From positions 2,542,001 to 2,606,000 of the forward strand of contig JAYWIR010000008.1 in the NCBI GenBank assembly GCA_036172245.1: a stretch of 64,000 nt of DNA, read 5' to 3'. A program made the position numbers and the translations under genes. Shown here piece after piece: positions 24,961 to 39,668 of the stretch. The notes under the pieces are model-generated. The model saw only the letters and a list, made by a program, of their open reading frames with translations, had not been told where the DNA came from and did not search any database. Within the stretch, counting starts at the first letter, position 1. Every line of letters begins with the position of its first letter. This stretch comes from Raillietiella orientalis. Lineage: Eukaryota.

Positions 24961-26658
24961 AAAACTCATCAGGGAATGAATGCAATGCTTTCTTCGTGGC
25001 ATGCTTCCATAAAGCATATTCGTTGATCTAACCTTCAGACTCTCTATGAAGTCTGTTTTTCCTTGTTTTCTATATTTTTTGGTCACGTTTCGCTATGTCG
25101 TCAGCTTCAAGAGAAGACATTCGATATCAAGTTCCTCCAGTAAGTGAGCCTATTACTCCTTTGCCTATGGGAAAAAACCGGAAAGATGACAGCTGGAAAG
25201 CAGTGGTTTCATCGTGGACAAAGTAAGAACATGCTTCTTTTCTTATTGCTGTTTGGTCCACGAATCGTTGTAGATTGTACCATTGATGAATTCAAAACAG
25301 GTGGTTCGCAAGGTTGGCGAGATGTGCTCACGAAACTGATTTTAGTGCAAGCAATTCTTAAAGTAAACAAGATCGCCATTTGCTGCTTTAGCTAAAGCAG
25401 AAAAGCAGCCAGTGGCCATGGTAGATAATTCTCATCCTCAGCACATTCCACTGCCAGTGTTGGCAGTTTGTCGCGTCAATGTTCGCTGTGTTCCAGGAAT
25501 GGGCGTAGGAGATAATCATTGACAATAAGGGCTAGTTTTTGTTTGTGGTTGGCAGAAAAACTGGTTCTCTCTTCACTGCTGTCTTATTTTGCAGGGCAGG
25601 CTTTCGTTTTTCTTCTGTTTCTTCAAGGGAACAAGTTATGGACTTTGTTGCAATATTCGGCTCTCCACTAATTGAGGATACATCTGCAACTTTATGTTTA
25701 CTAGCTGAGTTTGGAGCGTCTTCCATCGCAACAAGCAGCAATTGCATGTCATTCCCTCCGAAACTTGGTGACAGATTCCATCTGCCACAGTATAGGGTGA
25801 ATTCCCGAAGTCTGACTAGTAAAGTGTTGAGCTTTATGCCTTTCCTTCCCAGGGTTTCCTTCTCATCATTTTTGGTGAACACCATTTTACGATGGTGCCG
25901 TCAAATCACAGCATGCCCTCCAGCTCTGAATAGCGTCTAGGAGAGCACCCATGTTTGAGCTGCAGTTACAGCCGGTGCACATTGCCAAGTTGCTCGACAA
26001 GCCCTGTAGAACATTACTGTATCAGAGGGTCATCGTTCAACTAAATCATTCATGTGATCCTCGTGGGTTTAAAACTGACTCTCGTACACAGAACTGAATC
26101 TTTAGCAGAGATGATATTTTCGTACTCTTCAGTGCATCGTTCCAATAACACACTCCACACTGCGAGGGAAGAAAACTAGCTAGAATTATGGATATTTTTT
26201 TTTTTTTTTTTAGTTTTGATTTAATAATCCTTTCCTAAAGATTTATTCCAAGTCCCTAAGGAGCCACAAATGTATATATATTAATGGCATAGCGCTTTGG
26301 CAGTAGCAGTCAACTTCAAAAAGCTGGTATACAGTCTCTGCCTTCCCAACGATAAATTTGCGCCGATGAATTGGGTAGGATGTTGGATCACGTTCAGATC
26401 ACATTCGAATCAACAGATATATTTTTTAAGAAACCACTCACTAAACTCTCTCAACATGCTTCGTAATAAAACATTAAAATATACGAAGGGAAACTGTTAC
26501 AGAAATCTGAATGATACAGCGAAGAACAGCATGGCGCTTCACAATATATATTCTGGGAATAATAAGTCATTAGTATTGGTTTTATCAAAGAAATGTATAT
26601 ATAGATACATTATAATTTCTTCATAAATTCTAAGGAGAATACTTTTCATCATAGAGTA

Positions 26659-26661
<3 letters not shown>

Positions 26662-26709
<48 letters not shown>
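26662..26709. repeat. (AT)n microsatellite
   Basis: About 24 uninterrupted AT units. Confidence 0.97.
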
Positions 26710-26711
<2 letters not shown>

Positions 26712-27184
26712 AGAATGACTTCTGTATATCTTCTGTATCATCTACTACTCGCGATTTAGCATATGCTTCTTATGCTAATTCACAAAACCGTATTAATATT
26801 ACTTTTCATACAGACTTGTGACATCTAAATCCATCCATCGGGAAATCTCTATTGATTATATTCATCTATTATATGCAAACTAAGAGAAAATTGGCATTTG
26901 CATTCTTTTAATAATCTGCTTATCTGCATGCTCTGTTTTTCGAAACTGCTTTTGATTGAAATTACGAGCATTCTCCTTTTGAGAATCCTCCCATAAAACC
27001 GAGATTTCCTTGATTTACAGGAACAGATATTTCATGTTATTTATTGTTGAAGATTTTTAAATTCGCAATCCTGAAAAAATGTTATGAAGTAATTTTGTAG
27101 TTTGGAAGCATTCAAATCATGAAGTCACGTGCAGGAATGAAAGAAACTGAAAGGAAAGCACCTTAACGCAAATTTTTATTCCAG

Positions 27185-30100
27185 AAGTCGGCAGACATCA
27201 GCCAACCAAACGATATGCTCAAACGTTAACAGGAGTGATTTGAATAGGGACCACGTTACAGAATACCAAAACAAGACTGCTACCAAATCATCCGCAGGTT
27301 CCAAAAGTGTTGAAAAGAGGAAAAAAACACCTAAAGCATCGAAAAAAACATCGAACACTTCCTTGACCGAGCCTTCCAACCACGTGGTGATTGGTAGATA
27401 AGAAATACGCTTTTTGATTTTCTATTAAATTCCTTTAGCGATAGTAGAGGGTCGGGGGCAAGCAAGAGGAGAAATAGGTCTTGCCAGTACTGATTTTCAG
27501 CATCCAGAAATGTGCCTGTGCCAGTTTAATGACCATGTGGCATATGTGCGTTTGTTATCGAAAATCAACGTCATAAAACCATCCGAGGTGGGTCACTTTG
27601 TTTTTCTGGCACCACAGCGAAGTGCACTGTATTGCCAAAGTTTGACTTTTGTGCAGGGGAACAAAAACACATTAGAGATTTATGGATATTTCGTTCCGTT
27701 TTTGCACGAGCGTTAATGCTATGTACTTTAAGACCGTTCTTCTTAAAAGATTTGTGCTACCCTTCATCTGACTCGTTCTGTCATTTTGGTTTGCTCCTAG
27801 GACTAGCTTTTGGCATATGGAATTCTCTGAAACACATGGTGTAGCAGTTTGTTTAGAAAAAAAAAAAAAAAACACTTTTGTGAACTCAGCCCTAATCCAT
27901 TCTTCTGAAAGCTGCTATTCTGCAGGATGAAGAATAGCATCGGAATTCCTTATCGTCTATGAGGAATTTTCGATGCCAATCAACTAATTTAGAAAAACGG
28001 ACCCCATATAATCGAAGTCCTCTCTTTCACTTCGAGTAACTCAAAGATGAAGTTCGAAGGCGTAGTCGCCAAGAATTTCGGCAGAAACCAATCGATCCTC
28101 AAACTTGTCTGTTTTTCGCTGTTGTATAATTGGTGTACAAGTCCAATTTTTATGTATTTTTGGAAGTATTCAACTGTTCAAATTCAACCAAGGAGAACAA
28201 GTAAGTTGGAGAACTCATGAGGAATTCGGCAGTCAGATCAGCAGGGAAAGTTTGAGAAGGGCGCAGTACGTGACACTTCGTTGCAATCTTTCCTTAATCC
28301 TCAATTTACAATCGAAAAGTAGATACCTCATCTTGTTTCCAACTGAACTTCACAAACTGGGTTCTTCTGGGCAGGAAATAAGAATACGCGCAGAAGAGAC
28401 AGAACTCTCAACTAAGAGGATGCACCACGGTGGAGTGGACAAAGCACCGAAAGCTGGTTCGCGTTCATACGAAGGAAGTTCCTCGATTGCTGAATGCGGG
28501 AAGCAGAGGGATGTATTTTTCCCAACACGTGACCCGGCAGCAGGGACGGCAGAATGCAAAAAATGGATCGCTATCAGCATTAGTGAAAGAAATGGACATC
28601 AGAGAGTGCTAGAGACCCAAAAGTGTCAAGGAAGGCATTTGGAATCACTTCGATTAGGTCAAAGCAAAAATGCCCTTCGTTGCAGCACAGGATTCCAGAT
28701 CAAATTAAAAATAATGTCATTCACCTGGATGATAATTTTCAAAAACCTTTTCTGGAATGGAATCTGGTTGAAAATGCTAAATTTTCTGTACCTTAGTCTA
28801 ATTCGTTTCAACATACTTGTTTGACGATTATAATCTTCGATGTCCTGAAAGTACTTTACGAAATCCACTCTTGATCTTCATTTTTTTTTATTGAAGATTT
28901 AAGAGATCCACTTATTTATTTTTTTTACTCGTTGTAGCTTATTTAGACTCGAAATTTTGTCAGGTTTTGAGATTCATGCCCCTGGATATGAGAGTGAACT
29001 GACATGAAAAATTTAGCCACAGTGTCTCAAGAGCAGATCGGCATTGCTGGGCAAAATTCCTTCTTGCCTTGGAAACGATTCTATTATTTCTCTGAGGAAT
29101 AGGACTAAGCAATAGGAACTTCATTCTGCATCCTTTTCACTTGTTTGCATCACGTTCGCCACATGAGGTTTTGTACAATTTGTAGATTACTTTAGCTTCG
29201 TTAACTCCTTAAAAGGTTTCGGATATACAATTTTCCTTTTATTTTCCAATGCACACATCAAATAGCATCGCAAATACAAGTCTTCGAAGCTGATATGTGT
29301 CTCGCTGCGACGTAGATCTGTGGATCACGCGCTTTCATACTACAGAAGCAAAATTCCGGTGTTATGATTCATAAACCGACAGACTTTCGGTTTGAAACTG
29401 ATTTGGTTGTTTCTGTTTGCCAAAATTGTTTGGCATCGGTGAAATTTTTTTCTGTCCAGAAGCCACATCGCCTTATGAAAGTCCATCGATTCGTAGCAAT
29501 GGCACAGCATTTTGAAAGCAAGGAAGCAATGTATCATTTGAAGATATTTTCGCTGGGTGGTCCTTCGAAAAACAAAACTGAAGTCAGTCACAGTACGAAC
29601 CCTCAGTTTCATAAATTCCATGCTTCACAACATTGGATTCCTTCGAACACCTTCTTCAGTAAATATATTAGCAATAGTCTCTGAGTTACTTAATTGGGAA
29701 GTTATTAGACTTTCGTCTTATACATATTGTACAATATCTTCATTAAGGTTTTTTCTGCTACTGGAACTTTGATTTGGTAGGAATGCTGCTTTGGTTTCCA
29801 AGCAGCTGGAAGAACCTTTATTCTGACTACTTGTCTCACAATCAGAGGGGCCGCATAACATTACATTTCAATTCACGTACTGCAAATGAAAATTGGTTGT
29901 GTTTAGTTAGGAGCTTTCAGGATTACCGGTGCTCTTTGATGCTCTATCGTGATCACAACTCTTAGTCTTTCGGTAAGGAATATGCCAATTCCTATAGTAC
30001 TTCTCTGCACAAAACTGACTAAAGATTTTGCGCTTCTTCTCTGCGGGTTCCTAAACAAAACATCTGCAAAAAAATATCCGTTACATATTTCTGCGATTAT

Positions 30101-33100
30101 TCATTTAATTGGGGATCCTTCGATTGCAAAATTGCACCCTAGTTTGTTTCGACTTGGTTGCACTCATTGAGACTGGTGGAAACAGAATGTTGACATTTAT
30201 CGTTGATTCGTAGCATCTCTTGAGCCTTTTGGTATTTGACTTTCGGTTCAGTTTTCTCATAATAGAGGTCTAAAAGGTCGCTCTTTCTCTTTCTCTTACT
30301 TATTAGATGTGTTTTCCTGAAAAAAGTTTAGGAATACACAGCGCCGTTTATAACGTAATTCGAAAGTCCTATCGTATGCAGTCTTTTGATTCTCAAGCTT
30401 TTGTTTCAAACGTATGCCAATACTTGCAGTCAGTTTCGTCTAGAATTGGATGTAAGAATATTTGCTAACATTTGTGGATGAGAAAAAATATTCACTAAGC
30501 CTTCGAGTTTCTATGAGTCCTCTAATGTGATCATAGAACGAACAGTTCCACATCTTCCACTACTGCATGATTTTGTTTTCCTTGCTTTCCCGTTTTCCTT
30601 GTTTCACCCACAGCTTACATCAAACGCATTACGAAATGCCATTCTTTGTGAAAAAACGCAAGTTGCCCAACGTACGACTCAGCTCATGAATTGCAATGAC
30701 GAAAAGATGTGTTTCGTTTATTTTCTTGTTAACAAAATATTGGTACAAGCACTTAAGAGAAATCGATACTTTGTTTTCGAGCTCGAACGCCGAAGATATC
30801 TATTTCTATTGAGGTCTTTGTATGAGGTCTCGTTTTTTATCTATGCATAGATTCAAAATAGGCTTCTAGAATGAAAATCTCTATTTTAAAGGCAAATAGC
30901 CATATGGTCATGGACCTGAGATGTTATTTCAAAACGGCTCTTGAAATTTGAAAAGATTCATTTAAAAAAAAAATGCTTAGCCATTGTTTTCTTTGTTTTG
31001 CCTAAAGAGAAACTCTAGACTACTTTCCCTAATACTTCGAATTCATACATGACTATCCATGGATAGTCATATATGACTTTCGTGATGCTCTTATCCAGAA
31101 ACTACTTTCTGATTTGCAAAAGTACTTAATCAGTTTATCTCTGTGAAAATTACGGTCTTTGTAAGAGTCACTTATTTTCATCAACCATTTCAGAATCTAG
31201 AATGGATGCAAATTGCTGTAACGGCTAACTTCGATACATGTTCACTTAGAGTTCCAAAGAAGACTGTCTTGGTCCATTTTTCTGGGATTTATCGATGCAC
31301 TTAATTTCTGCTGTCAGGTTCACTATATGATCTCAACGTGTCAAAGACATTTCAGAAATATTTTGTTCTTGCCCGGCTTTGAACTTCTAACTGATGCATG
31401 CCTCTCGGAAAACTGAGTGAATACACCAGCGAAACGTAGCAACCTTGGCAAGGTTTCGATACAAAATTCAATTCATGAGGGTATTCAAAATCATCCTATT
31501 ATAAATTCACTTTTGTCTGCCAAGCCATAACTTCTTCCTAGTATCTCGTCCATTTTTTTTTCGCAAGATGGTGTGTTTGTGCCCTTGCTTCTCAGGAGCG
31601 AGGGTTTGCCTCGAGGCTATTCTCTTTATCTGGAAACAAGCATTTTTCTTCTTCGGTTTCATATCTCGAAGTGTGCATGCTGGCGACACTGGCAAAGTTC
31701 AACACCTTCTCGGCTGTTTCCGATATGCTTTTGCGTTCCAGCTTTCCGCAGAAGCACGAAAGCTTCCTTTTGGGGCTGAAACGATAAATGACTACGTCGG
31801 CATTTCTTGATATTTGGTCATGTCTTTTTATTTTCACCTCAACTAGATCTTCATTTTTGAGCCTGTGTTTCTGGTGCAGGACTTCCAATTACATACATGC
31901 ATGCGCACGTACACACAAAATAGCTGGCAACGCTTTTAGAGGAGCAACCGCAATGTTGTTTCAGTTATGCATATACATAAAAGATTTTCCATCTCGACAG
32001 TAGACATCCTGAGCGAATTACACTCAAAATCTTGTAACTGCATGGTTCTGAGATATGTCTTTGAAGCAGCGAGTTGAAGATATCATCAAAGAACTCGTAC
32101 CGTTGGTCATGTAGATGTGTGATATCATTCTAAGGTGCAGAATAATTGCTGATAGAAGCTGTGCCGGAATCGTAGTTTAGAGATCAAATGTTGCTTACCT
32201 TTCCCCATATGCATGGTTAATTCAATGCTTTCAATCAATTCTCATCCCCAGATCCTTCTTCCTGACACCATTTGCGAGCCCCCCCGCAAGGGCAAGTTAG
32301 TGGGAGCGTTGAAAAGACAATTCCCTAATCTCATCCTGACATCAGTGCAAAGGAAGTTCTTCAACGAGAAGCGTGGGATGCAGTACGTGAAGCACCTGAA
32401 TGTGCCGGAGTTTCGTTCCTTGGAGCTGATCGTACAACACAAATACTACAGCCTAGCAGCGGCTGCTGCGCTTCTCAAGTATCTCGAGACGCAGCACAAT
32501 ATCATCTATGCACCGAAATCGCTGCTGATACTGTATTGTACTTTGGAAAACATCACCATGATAGGTATGCTGGTGGCAGATGGAAAAGTCATCTAATCCA
32601 TGGACCAGATGCCGACAGCGCGTCGAGATTAGAACTTTTGAAGAGTGCCCATGATCCACATTCTTCGTGCTCCTTGTTTGGTATCCTAAACCACACACGC
32701 ACAAAAGGAGGAGCTCGCATGCTAAGGAGTAACATTTTGCAGCCTCCTTGCGATATTCAGACAATAAATAGTCGGCTGGATTGCGTTCAAGAATTGGTCA
32801 GCAAGTCAGAACTGTTTTTCTCCCTGCAGGTACAATCATTCCTTTGTACGGTTCCAAATTTCTTGTACCTTCACGCAATACACCATCACAGAAAGAAACG
32901 AGAAAACTGCAAACGTTATTGTTAAAGAGTTCCGTGCTCTGTCGGATACGTTCCACAGGAATTGAAGTACCTGATCGCCGATAGCGCATCTAGATTCTTA
33001 CTTGGTAGCTGATAAGAATTCAATACCCTTTTTTTAAAAAAACAAAAACAATGAGCGCAAACGATGAAGTAGCTAAATTCTGTACCTTAATGTCTAGACT

Positions 33101-36100
33101 GAATTCTCGAGAATCAGAAAGATAGGCTGAAAACCTCGATTTCCTTCCGTGCTAAGGAATCGAGTTGGTGAAGGAGCGATTTCTGAGTAACAGATGCTAC
33201 TGCTTATCAGTCTGGGGATGACGCTCAGTGAAAGACTCTGCAACAGAGTCTTTCAGCCAGGCGCTTTTCGGAATCAGCGTGCATGGGCAGAAACGTGAAA
33301 TAATGATGGGAGTGGTATTCTCAAAGGATGTTTTGAGCCGGTTCGTCGACATCAGCTCGTTGCTCTGGGGATGCATCCAGGTGCCTAAAAGAGAAAACAC
33401 ACTAAAGACATCGGAGCAGCAGATTAATTACATCTTGACGATGAAGCACGTCCTGGAACTGGTCAACCCATTGTACGTTGCTCTCCAGGATGCGGAGGAA
33501 CCCCTGTTCTTGGTCATTCGAGAAGTGAGAAGGGACTTTGGAAGCTTTATTCATGTTATTTAATGGTGCATCGTTTAGAAGCTCCTTGATGCACGTTACG
33601 AGGCGCTGCTAGAGCACATACGTGCGGTCATCAGAGAAGACGCACGTGTGTTGAAAGGGAGCATCGCTATGCGCATGCAGAGATGTTTCGCCATTAAACC
33701 GGACATCAACGCGCTGCTCGACATCGCGCGCCGCACCTACTGCGAGATCGTTGACGATATAATGAGTGAGTAGGTCCTTGCACGCCACCGCGTTGAATTT
33801 CTGCTTCAAGAGTACGTTGAAAATTTGTCTCAAGAGTACGGATTACCTTTGCAGCAAGCATACAATGCTTCTCGAGGCTTCCATATCCGGATCCCCGTAT
33901 CCAAAGATCAAAACATCCCCGGACTGCCTGACATTTTCATTCAAATCCAGCACCATAGGATGTGCATTTCCTGTTCAACAGAGTTTCTAATTCAACTAGA
34001 CCAGCGAAGTAAAGATGCTATGCTCGAGGTACACTTGATGAGCAATATGTAAGTAAAAGAACCCGTCTTTCTTTCTCATCCACTGCGAGAATTTCGGACA
34101 GTCAAAACACTCATATTCCTTATAAGGGATCACTATGCGTCCCTAACATATGGACTACATTAGAATGGTTTGGCTATCAGAGAATCAAAATCACACAATC
34201 ATCCTATTCCGTGCTGTTCAAACTCAGCTTACGACTAGGAAATAACAAATCATGACCACTGGCATCTTCTAAAAGTTAATTCCCTGTTTTTTTTTGTTTT
34301 TTTTCTTATAGTCGTGATCGGGGTAGATGTGAAGCATTCTATAGTAATTTAATAATACTTCAGCTGCAGCAGCGGTATAATAATTCAGAGATTGAGAGTA
34401 CCACAGAGGTGGAAATCAGATGCTTTGCCATCCGAACATCCAGTTTCAGTATCGAAACCAATCTGGCTCTTTGCGTTCCTTCTCCTGTTCGCTGTCACCA
34501 TTCAAACGGTCCCTGACTTGTTCCTCTTTCTGAATATTCGATCTGCGTCTTCACCGGAATGCTCCGAAATCCTCGAGTATCCCATGAGATCTTCACAGAT
34601 AATGAATCACAACGATGGTAACCTTTTTCGGTCTCACCACTTTTTTGCCTCCATCCCCATTCATACTTTTCCATCTTTATGGTTTCCAGCTTTAGGGCAG
34701 GCTAAAAACTAAACCTTGCTGCCATCCATTCAATCTAATTACGTTCTCCGCTCAATCCGACGGGCTGAGCCATCGGTTTGCATCTGCACGGTGACAAGAT
34801 TAAGTAGTCTAATGCTACACCAATAATGCTATTCTTATGGGAGCTGAGAATGGATGTTGGCATCTAACATGTAAAACGGTACTGAATGGAATGGATATGT
34901 GCTAAGGACACGAGAGCATTGTAAATCGGTGATGATTCGCGTCGATGTTCACCTTGGTTACATCGTGAAAGTATCTATAAGAGAGTTGGAAATCTAGCCG
35001 TGTTCTAAGGAAGGCTACTCTTGGTTGTCTACCTCTCGTTTTTCAATTTTAATCGTACGTTTCCGAATGAACTCAAGACTGACGATGGGTAAACAGCTCT
35101 ATTTCTTGCCATCTTGTTTATGCACTTGAGCATATTGTGAACATTTCATGTCTTTAGAAGAGCTAATGAGATTCAGAAAAACTTATGAAGCTCTGGTGAA
35201 TGATGAATCTACAGTTTTAATCGATAATTAGGTACTTATTGATTTATTTTTTATTTGAATAATTTTGCAAATGTTCGTATTGTATGAGCACTTTTTAATA
35301 TAATGAATTATCTGCGTTGTAGCTCTTTTAAGTTGTTTCAAATATGAAAGACACAAGAAAATATCAGCAGCCACATAGGCATATTATAGTTTACAAGACT
35401 CGAAGGTAGAATTTTCCTGGAACAATGCTTTTTTTATAGTGACTTTAATGACAACACAGTTCACTGCTTCATAATAGATATTTACTATGGTTTTCAATAT
35501 CTTAAAGTATTAAGTTATAACACTGATTAAAGACGTCTTTATTGGCTTAATTCATGGCATATCCGTATGCAAAAAGGCCATGAAGTTTAGCTGCTGACAG
35601 CATTTATACAACTACCTCTAGACTCCAACAAAATTGAAGATGTTGATAAAGATACTAGGAGCTTTTGAGGACAAATTCGAGAAGGGTAATTCCGGAAATC
35701 ATGGAACGATGGAACCAGCTCTCAGAAGCTCTCAGAATTCTTAACTTTTATACGGAAACATTTGGTAGAGCTCATTCAAATCTATGCAGAAAAACCTCAT
35801 TGGTTTTCTTTATGTGCATACATTTTAATTCAGTCTTCGGTTTTTATGGAGTTAATGAGAATCTACCGAAGCCTGCATGATCGAGTGTCCACTTGAGAAT
35901 TCGCACGTGAGAATGAGATTCCAGCCTTCGCATGATCAGGCACGAAACAGCATGAACATCCCTTGTTTCCCGGATAAAGGGAGCATCATGCCTGATGTTG
36001 GTCAGCATCGGGGCTCAGAGAGGAGATTCAGTGGAGAACACCTCAGGTTCTAGGAATTTTCGGTTCGTTCACGCGACGCAATTCCACCTTCTGCCTGTGC

Positions 36101-39100
36101 GGGCATCCCCCATCAGGAAGAGAGCTCATCTCCCCCTCAGGAGGCGAGGAAGATGGGAAGAATCACCAGCTCACGTCCTCACCTTAAGCATAAGCAACCA
36201 GGTCAGGATTAGCTGGCGATCTGGGCTCTCCTAGGACATCGGAAGCTGGTGGCCTCCATTCAACCTATTTCGGGAGTGGACATAAATATGAAGCCGCATC
36301 CGGTGCTCCAGGGATAAGGGAAAGCTCTTGTATTATTGTATGTTTCTTCTGCCTCCGTGGATGCCCAGAAACTGCACTGGAAGAGACAAGGTGCAGAAAA
36401 GAGAGGGCTGGCTCTCCCCCAAAGAAGAGCCATGCGACGGTCACGGCAATTGTGGGGACTTGGAGACCAGAGAACGAAGGAGAGCTGAGAGAGCTGAAGA
36501 TTCCCGAGGCGGGGCATACCAGGAGGAGAATGGCGTTCTCTAGCATCCAACGCATGAAGGAACGCATGCCGGAAGCACCGGGTGAATCATCCCTCGTAGC
36601 TCAAGAAGCATCGAGAGCCACCGCCTCGTCATGAGACTATTCGAAGAGCACAGGCGTATACGAGCCCGAGATGGCGGTTGGAGCTCTCTCTCCTTCGTTT
36701 GTTTGCCCTTTTCCTCCTCTTTATTTTAAAACGGGTGTGAAGAACAAAATGTTGAGTAATCAGTCACTCGATCGCAGCCACCTCACCAGAACCCTGCTCG
36801 ACTGGTAGTATTACACATCTCGAGTTGTATGTTCTTGCACTTGCACTACCATTTTGGGACCGTGTTCAACGCGCACGCGCTTTCAATTCTCGCAGAATGC
36901 AGAAGAGCAACGGAAAGAACCAGCTACTTGGAAGCTTCTGACAGCAAGGCATTTCCAATTTTTCAAGGAATCCTGAAGAGGGCAAACTGGGGAGAGAATG
37001 AATAACGCTCCGCCTCTGTGCAAACGACCGCCCTTGTCATCTCAGGCGTACTCGTCCTCATTTTCAAAAAGCCTCCCTTCTTTGGCTACTCCAGCAGCAA
37101 ACGAACTGACATTTGTAATTCACTCGCGATCTCTTTATCTGATAATCATAGAATCTGGACTGACAGCTCTCTCTGGTTCATGAATTCAATTATGCTTAGT
37201 CGATCTCAACGACCACGTTCCCAGAATTTTCAAGGAAAAAAAGAACAAAGTCTGAAATGAGCTGGCACGCGAGAGTCGCATTCTTATGTGCCAGCTTCTA
37301 GATAAAATTATACATTAAATGCCTGTGTTTCCACAATCAACTTCCAAAGCATTCCTGGTTCCGCCGGCTAAATGAAAATCAGCGTCTCAAACAGAATCGT
37401 CAAGGTGCAAAAATCAGCAGCTGATGTTTAAACTGAGGAATGAGTGTTAAGTGAACCGATGACAGGATCCGTGGCTTCTAATGAGACCCTCATCATTGGA
37501 AAACTTTATTGAGGTCCGATTGCAATGAGTGCATGAACACTTGCGAAGGACAACTGTGAATCTCAGAGCCTTAAAAGAGGTTTGTCTCAAGGTAGCACGA
37601 GAAAAGACCGAAGCGAAGACCGCAGATGTTATTTTACAGATGAATCAGTCTTATCCATATGTGGACGATACGAATTATGGATTGAAAACTCACGCCCACT
37701 CCGTTCAGGAGGCGATGAGCACCTAGTAGGAGTAATCACAAGCCTATTCCTGGAGGTTCCCTTCCTTTCCTCACACTTCTGCAGGCTGAGTGATTTAACA
37801 CCTCAAGTCTGTCTCCGCAGGGTGACGCTCAGCATGCTCACCAATGCAACTAAAGAACACAGGATGAGGGGCTTAAAAGCGGCTTGCCTTAAGTCTGGCT
37901 TGAAGGAGAACAGTAGCGGGGCTGGAGGCGAACCGGTTTAAGTGGCTCAACCTCTAAAACGAGCGGTGGATATGAAATCATCATTCTCTGGTTTTCTCAA
38001 AGCGGAATGATCGTTTCTATGTTTTTTCCCTTGATGCAAATCCATATCCGTGAGCACTAGATTTCCTATGCATTTCCACACCTCATGTTTCGACCATGGA
38101 ATACGAATGGGAGAAGAATTCCGTAGCCGTGAAGCGTTCTAAACTTTGAGAGGCCCTGCTTGCTAATATCACCTTAGAAATAGAAGGTAGTCTCTCTCCA
38201 GACGTACATTGTGCCTATCGCTATACCATCATCCCATGAATTTTCACTCCCAACAGGAGAATAAGAAATGACAGAAACATACAGAGCATTGCTCTGAGTA
38301 GGGACGCCACGTTGTTGCCGTGTCGACCAGATGAGCGCGAGTGGTGGCGCGCGTCCGAGTCCGAGCTTCTAACGGGAGGAATGTCTTTACGGAGGTGCAC
38401 CACCGTCTTGCTGCCGAACGCGGCAACTACGCTCTGACCCTTCACCTGTTCGGAATGCATGGCCGATAAATCCGTGCTATAGAGTGGCATCGTCTTCCAG
38501 CATCATAACCGAGCTGCTTTCTTCCGTACGCAACCACGTCGGCTGCTTGTACCACCTGAGCGAATGCGTATCCAAGCTGGACATGCTACTCTCGCTGGCA
38601 TCCGCCAGCTCGATGAACGACTGGGTGCGTCCCGAATTCACCAGCACAACAGCCATAGAAAGCGGCAAGCATCCGATCCTGCAGAGGATAACTGCGGATT
38701 CACTCGTGGCCAATGACACAGTGAGCATTTTCACCTCGCCCGGATCGACTGCAGGATGCCTTCTCAGTACCTTTCGGAGGAAAGCAGCGTGATGGTCATA
38801 AGCGGTCCGAACATGAGCGGGAAGAGCACGTATTTGCGCCAGGTGGCTCTCATTCAGATCATGGCACAAATCGGAGGGTTCGTGCCGGCACGATACGCGT
38901 CCCTGAGGATCGCGGACCAGATCTTCGTGCGGATGGGATCCGAGGGCAACATGGAATGCAACGCATCCTCCTTCAGCTTGGAGGTGAACGGAGAAAAAAA
39001 AAAAAAGAAGCACATCAGAGTTGCAGTAACAGACATCAAAAGCAGATGATGGAGATGAATGGAGTCTTGCAACGTCTGACAGACAGCAGCTTGATCCTTA

Positions 39101-39668
39101 TCGACGAACTGGGCAGAGGAACGTCACCTGACGAAGGAGCTGCCCTGTGCTGGGCTCTGGCCGAAACCTTCCTCGACAGCACCGCTTTCGTGCTGCTAGC
39201 CACTCACTTCAGACTGCTCACATACCTTGAAAGGATGTACGTAGGGGTGTGCAAGTAAGTTTCCATGTTTGGTGCGGGGGGAGTGCTGCGTACCAAAGCT
39301 ATCACATGGAGGCGTGCGAGGAAGCCATCGGAGAGGAGACTCGCTTGCGGTACACGCACCGCCTCGTCCCGGGAGCCACCCCAGTTGCTCACTACGGTCT
39401 CTGTTTGGCTGAAAGGATGGCTCACCTCCCTCCTCGCTTGCTTCAAAGGGCAAGAGACATCGCGAGCAGCAGTAGTTCTTCCTCCTTGGAGCCCAAGTGC
39501 CCTCGAGTACCTTCCGAGGTGCAAGCCAAATACCGACTGGCTTACCGTCTGGCGCACCTGGAAGCCTGCGGGCCTCTCCCTGAAGAACAGACCTCCCAGC
39601 ACTTGTGTGCCATACTGACAGCGTATTCCGAAGAACTGTTTTCAGGGACAGTCCAGCAATCACCGTGA
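27185..39668 (+). CDS. MSH4: MutS homolog 4, meiotic crossover factor (~840 aa; start codon uncertain)
   Basis: Exons 27185-27393, 27439-27587, 32252-32564, 32609-32829, 33327-33524, 33579-33765, 33811-34048, 38501-38720, 38768-38983, 39046-39254, 39299-39668. MSH4-typical AIVEGRGQARGEIGLAS, KYYSLAAAAALLKY, LLDIARRTYCEIVDD; Walker A GPNMSGKST; LIDELGRGTS; ATHF. A possible start is a micro-exon ATGAA at 27084-27088, which keeps the frame. AATAAA at ~39696. Confidence 0.95.
28140..28620 (+). mobile_element. Decayed RTE-clade non-LTR retrotransposon fragment in an MSH4 intron
   Basis: Frameshifted pieces FMYF/GSI (cf. F.YLGS), LILFPT..RIRAEET..KRM (cf. LVFP..RI.AFEM..RRM), EWTKHR (cf. .WT..RTN) and MYFSQHVTRQ (cf. 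YFGHI.RR) occur in the expected order. Confidence 0.45.
35900..36720. ncRNA. GC-rich structured island inside an MSH4 intron
   Basis: Perfect 12-bp stem 36473-36484:36688-36699 encloses an 8-bp stem 36505-36512:36621-36628; a multibranch fold has 36120-36128:36222-36230 and 36162-36171:36211-36220. Confidence 0.4.
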
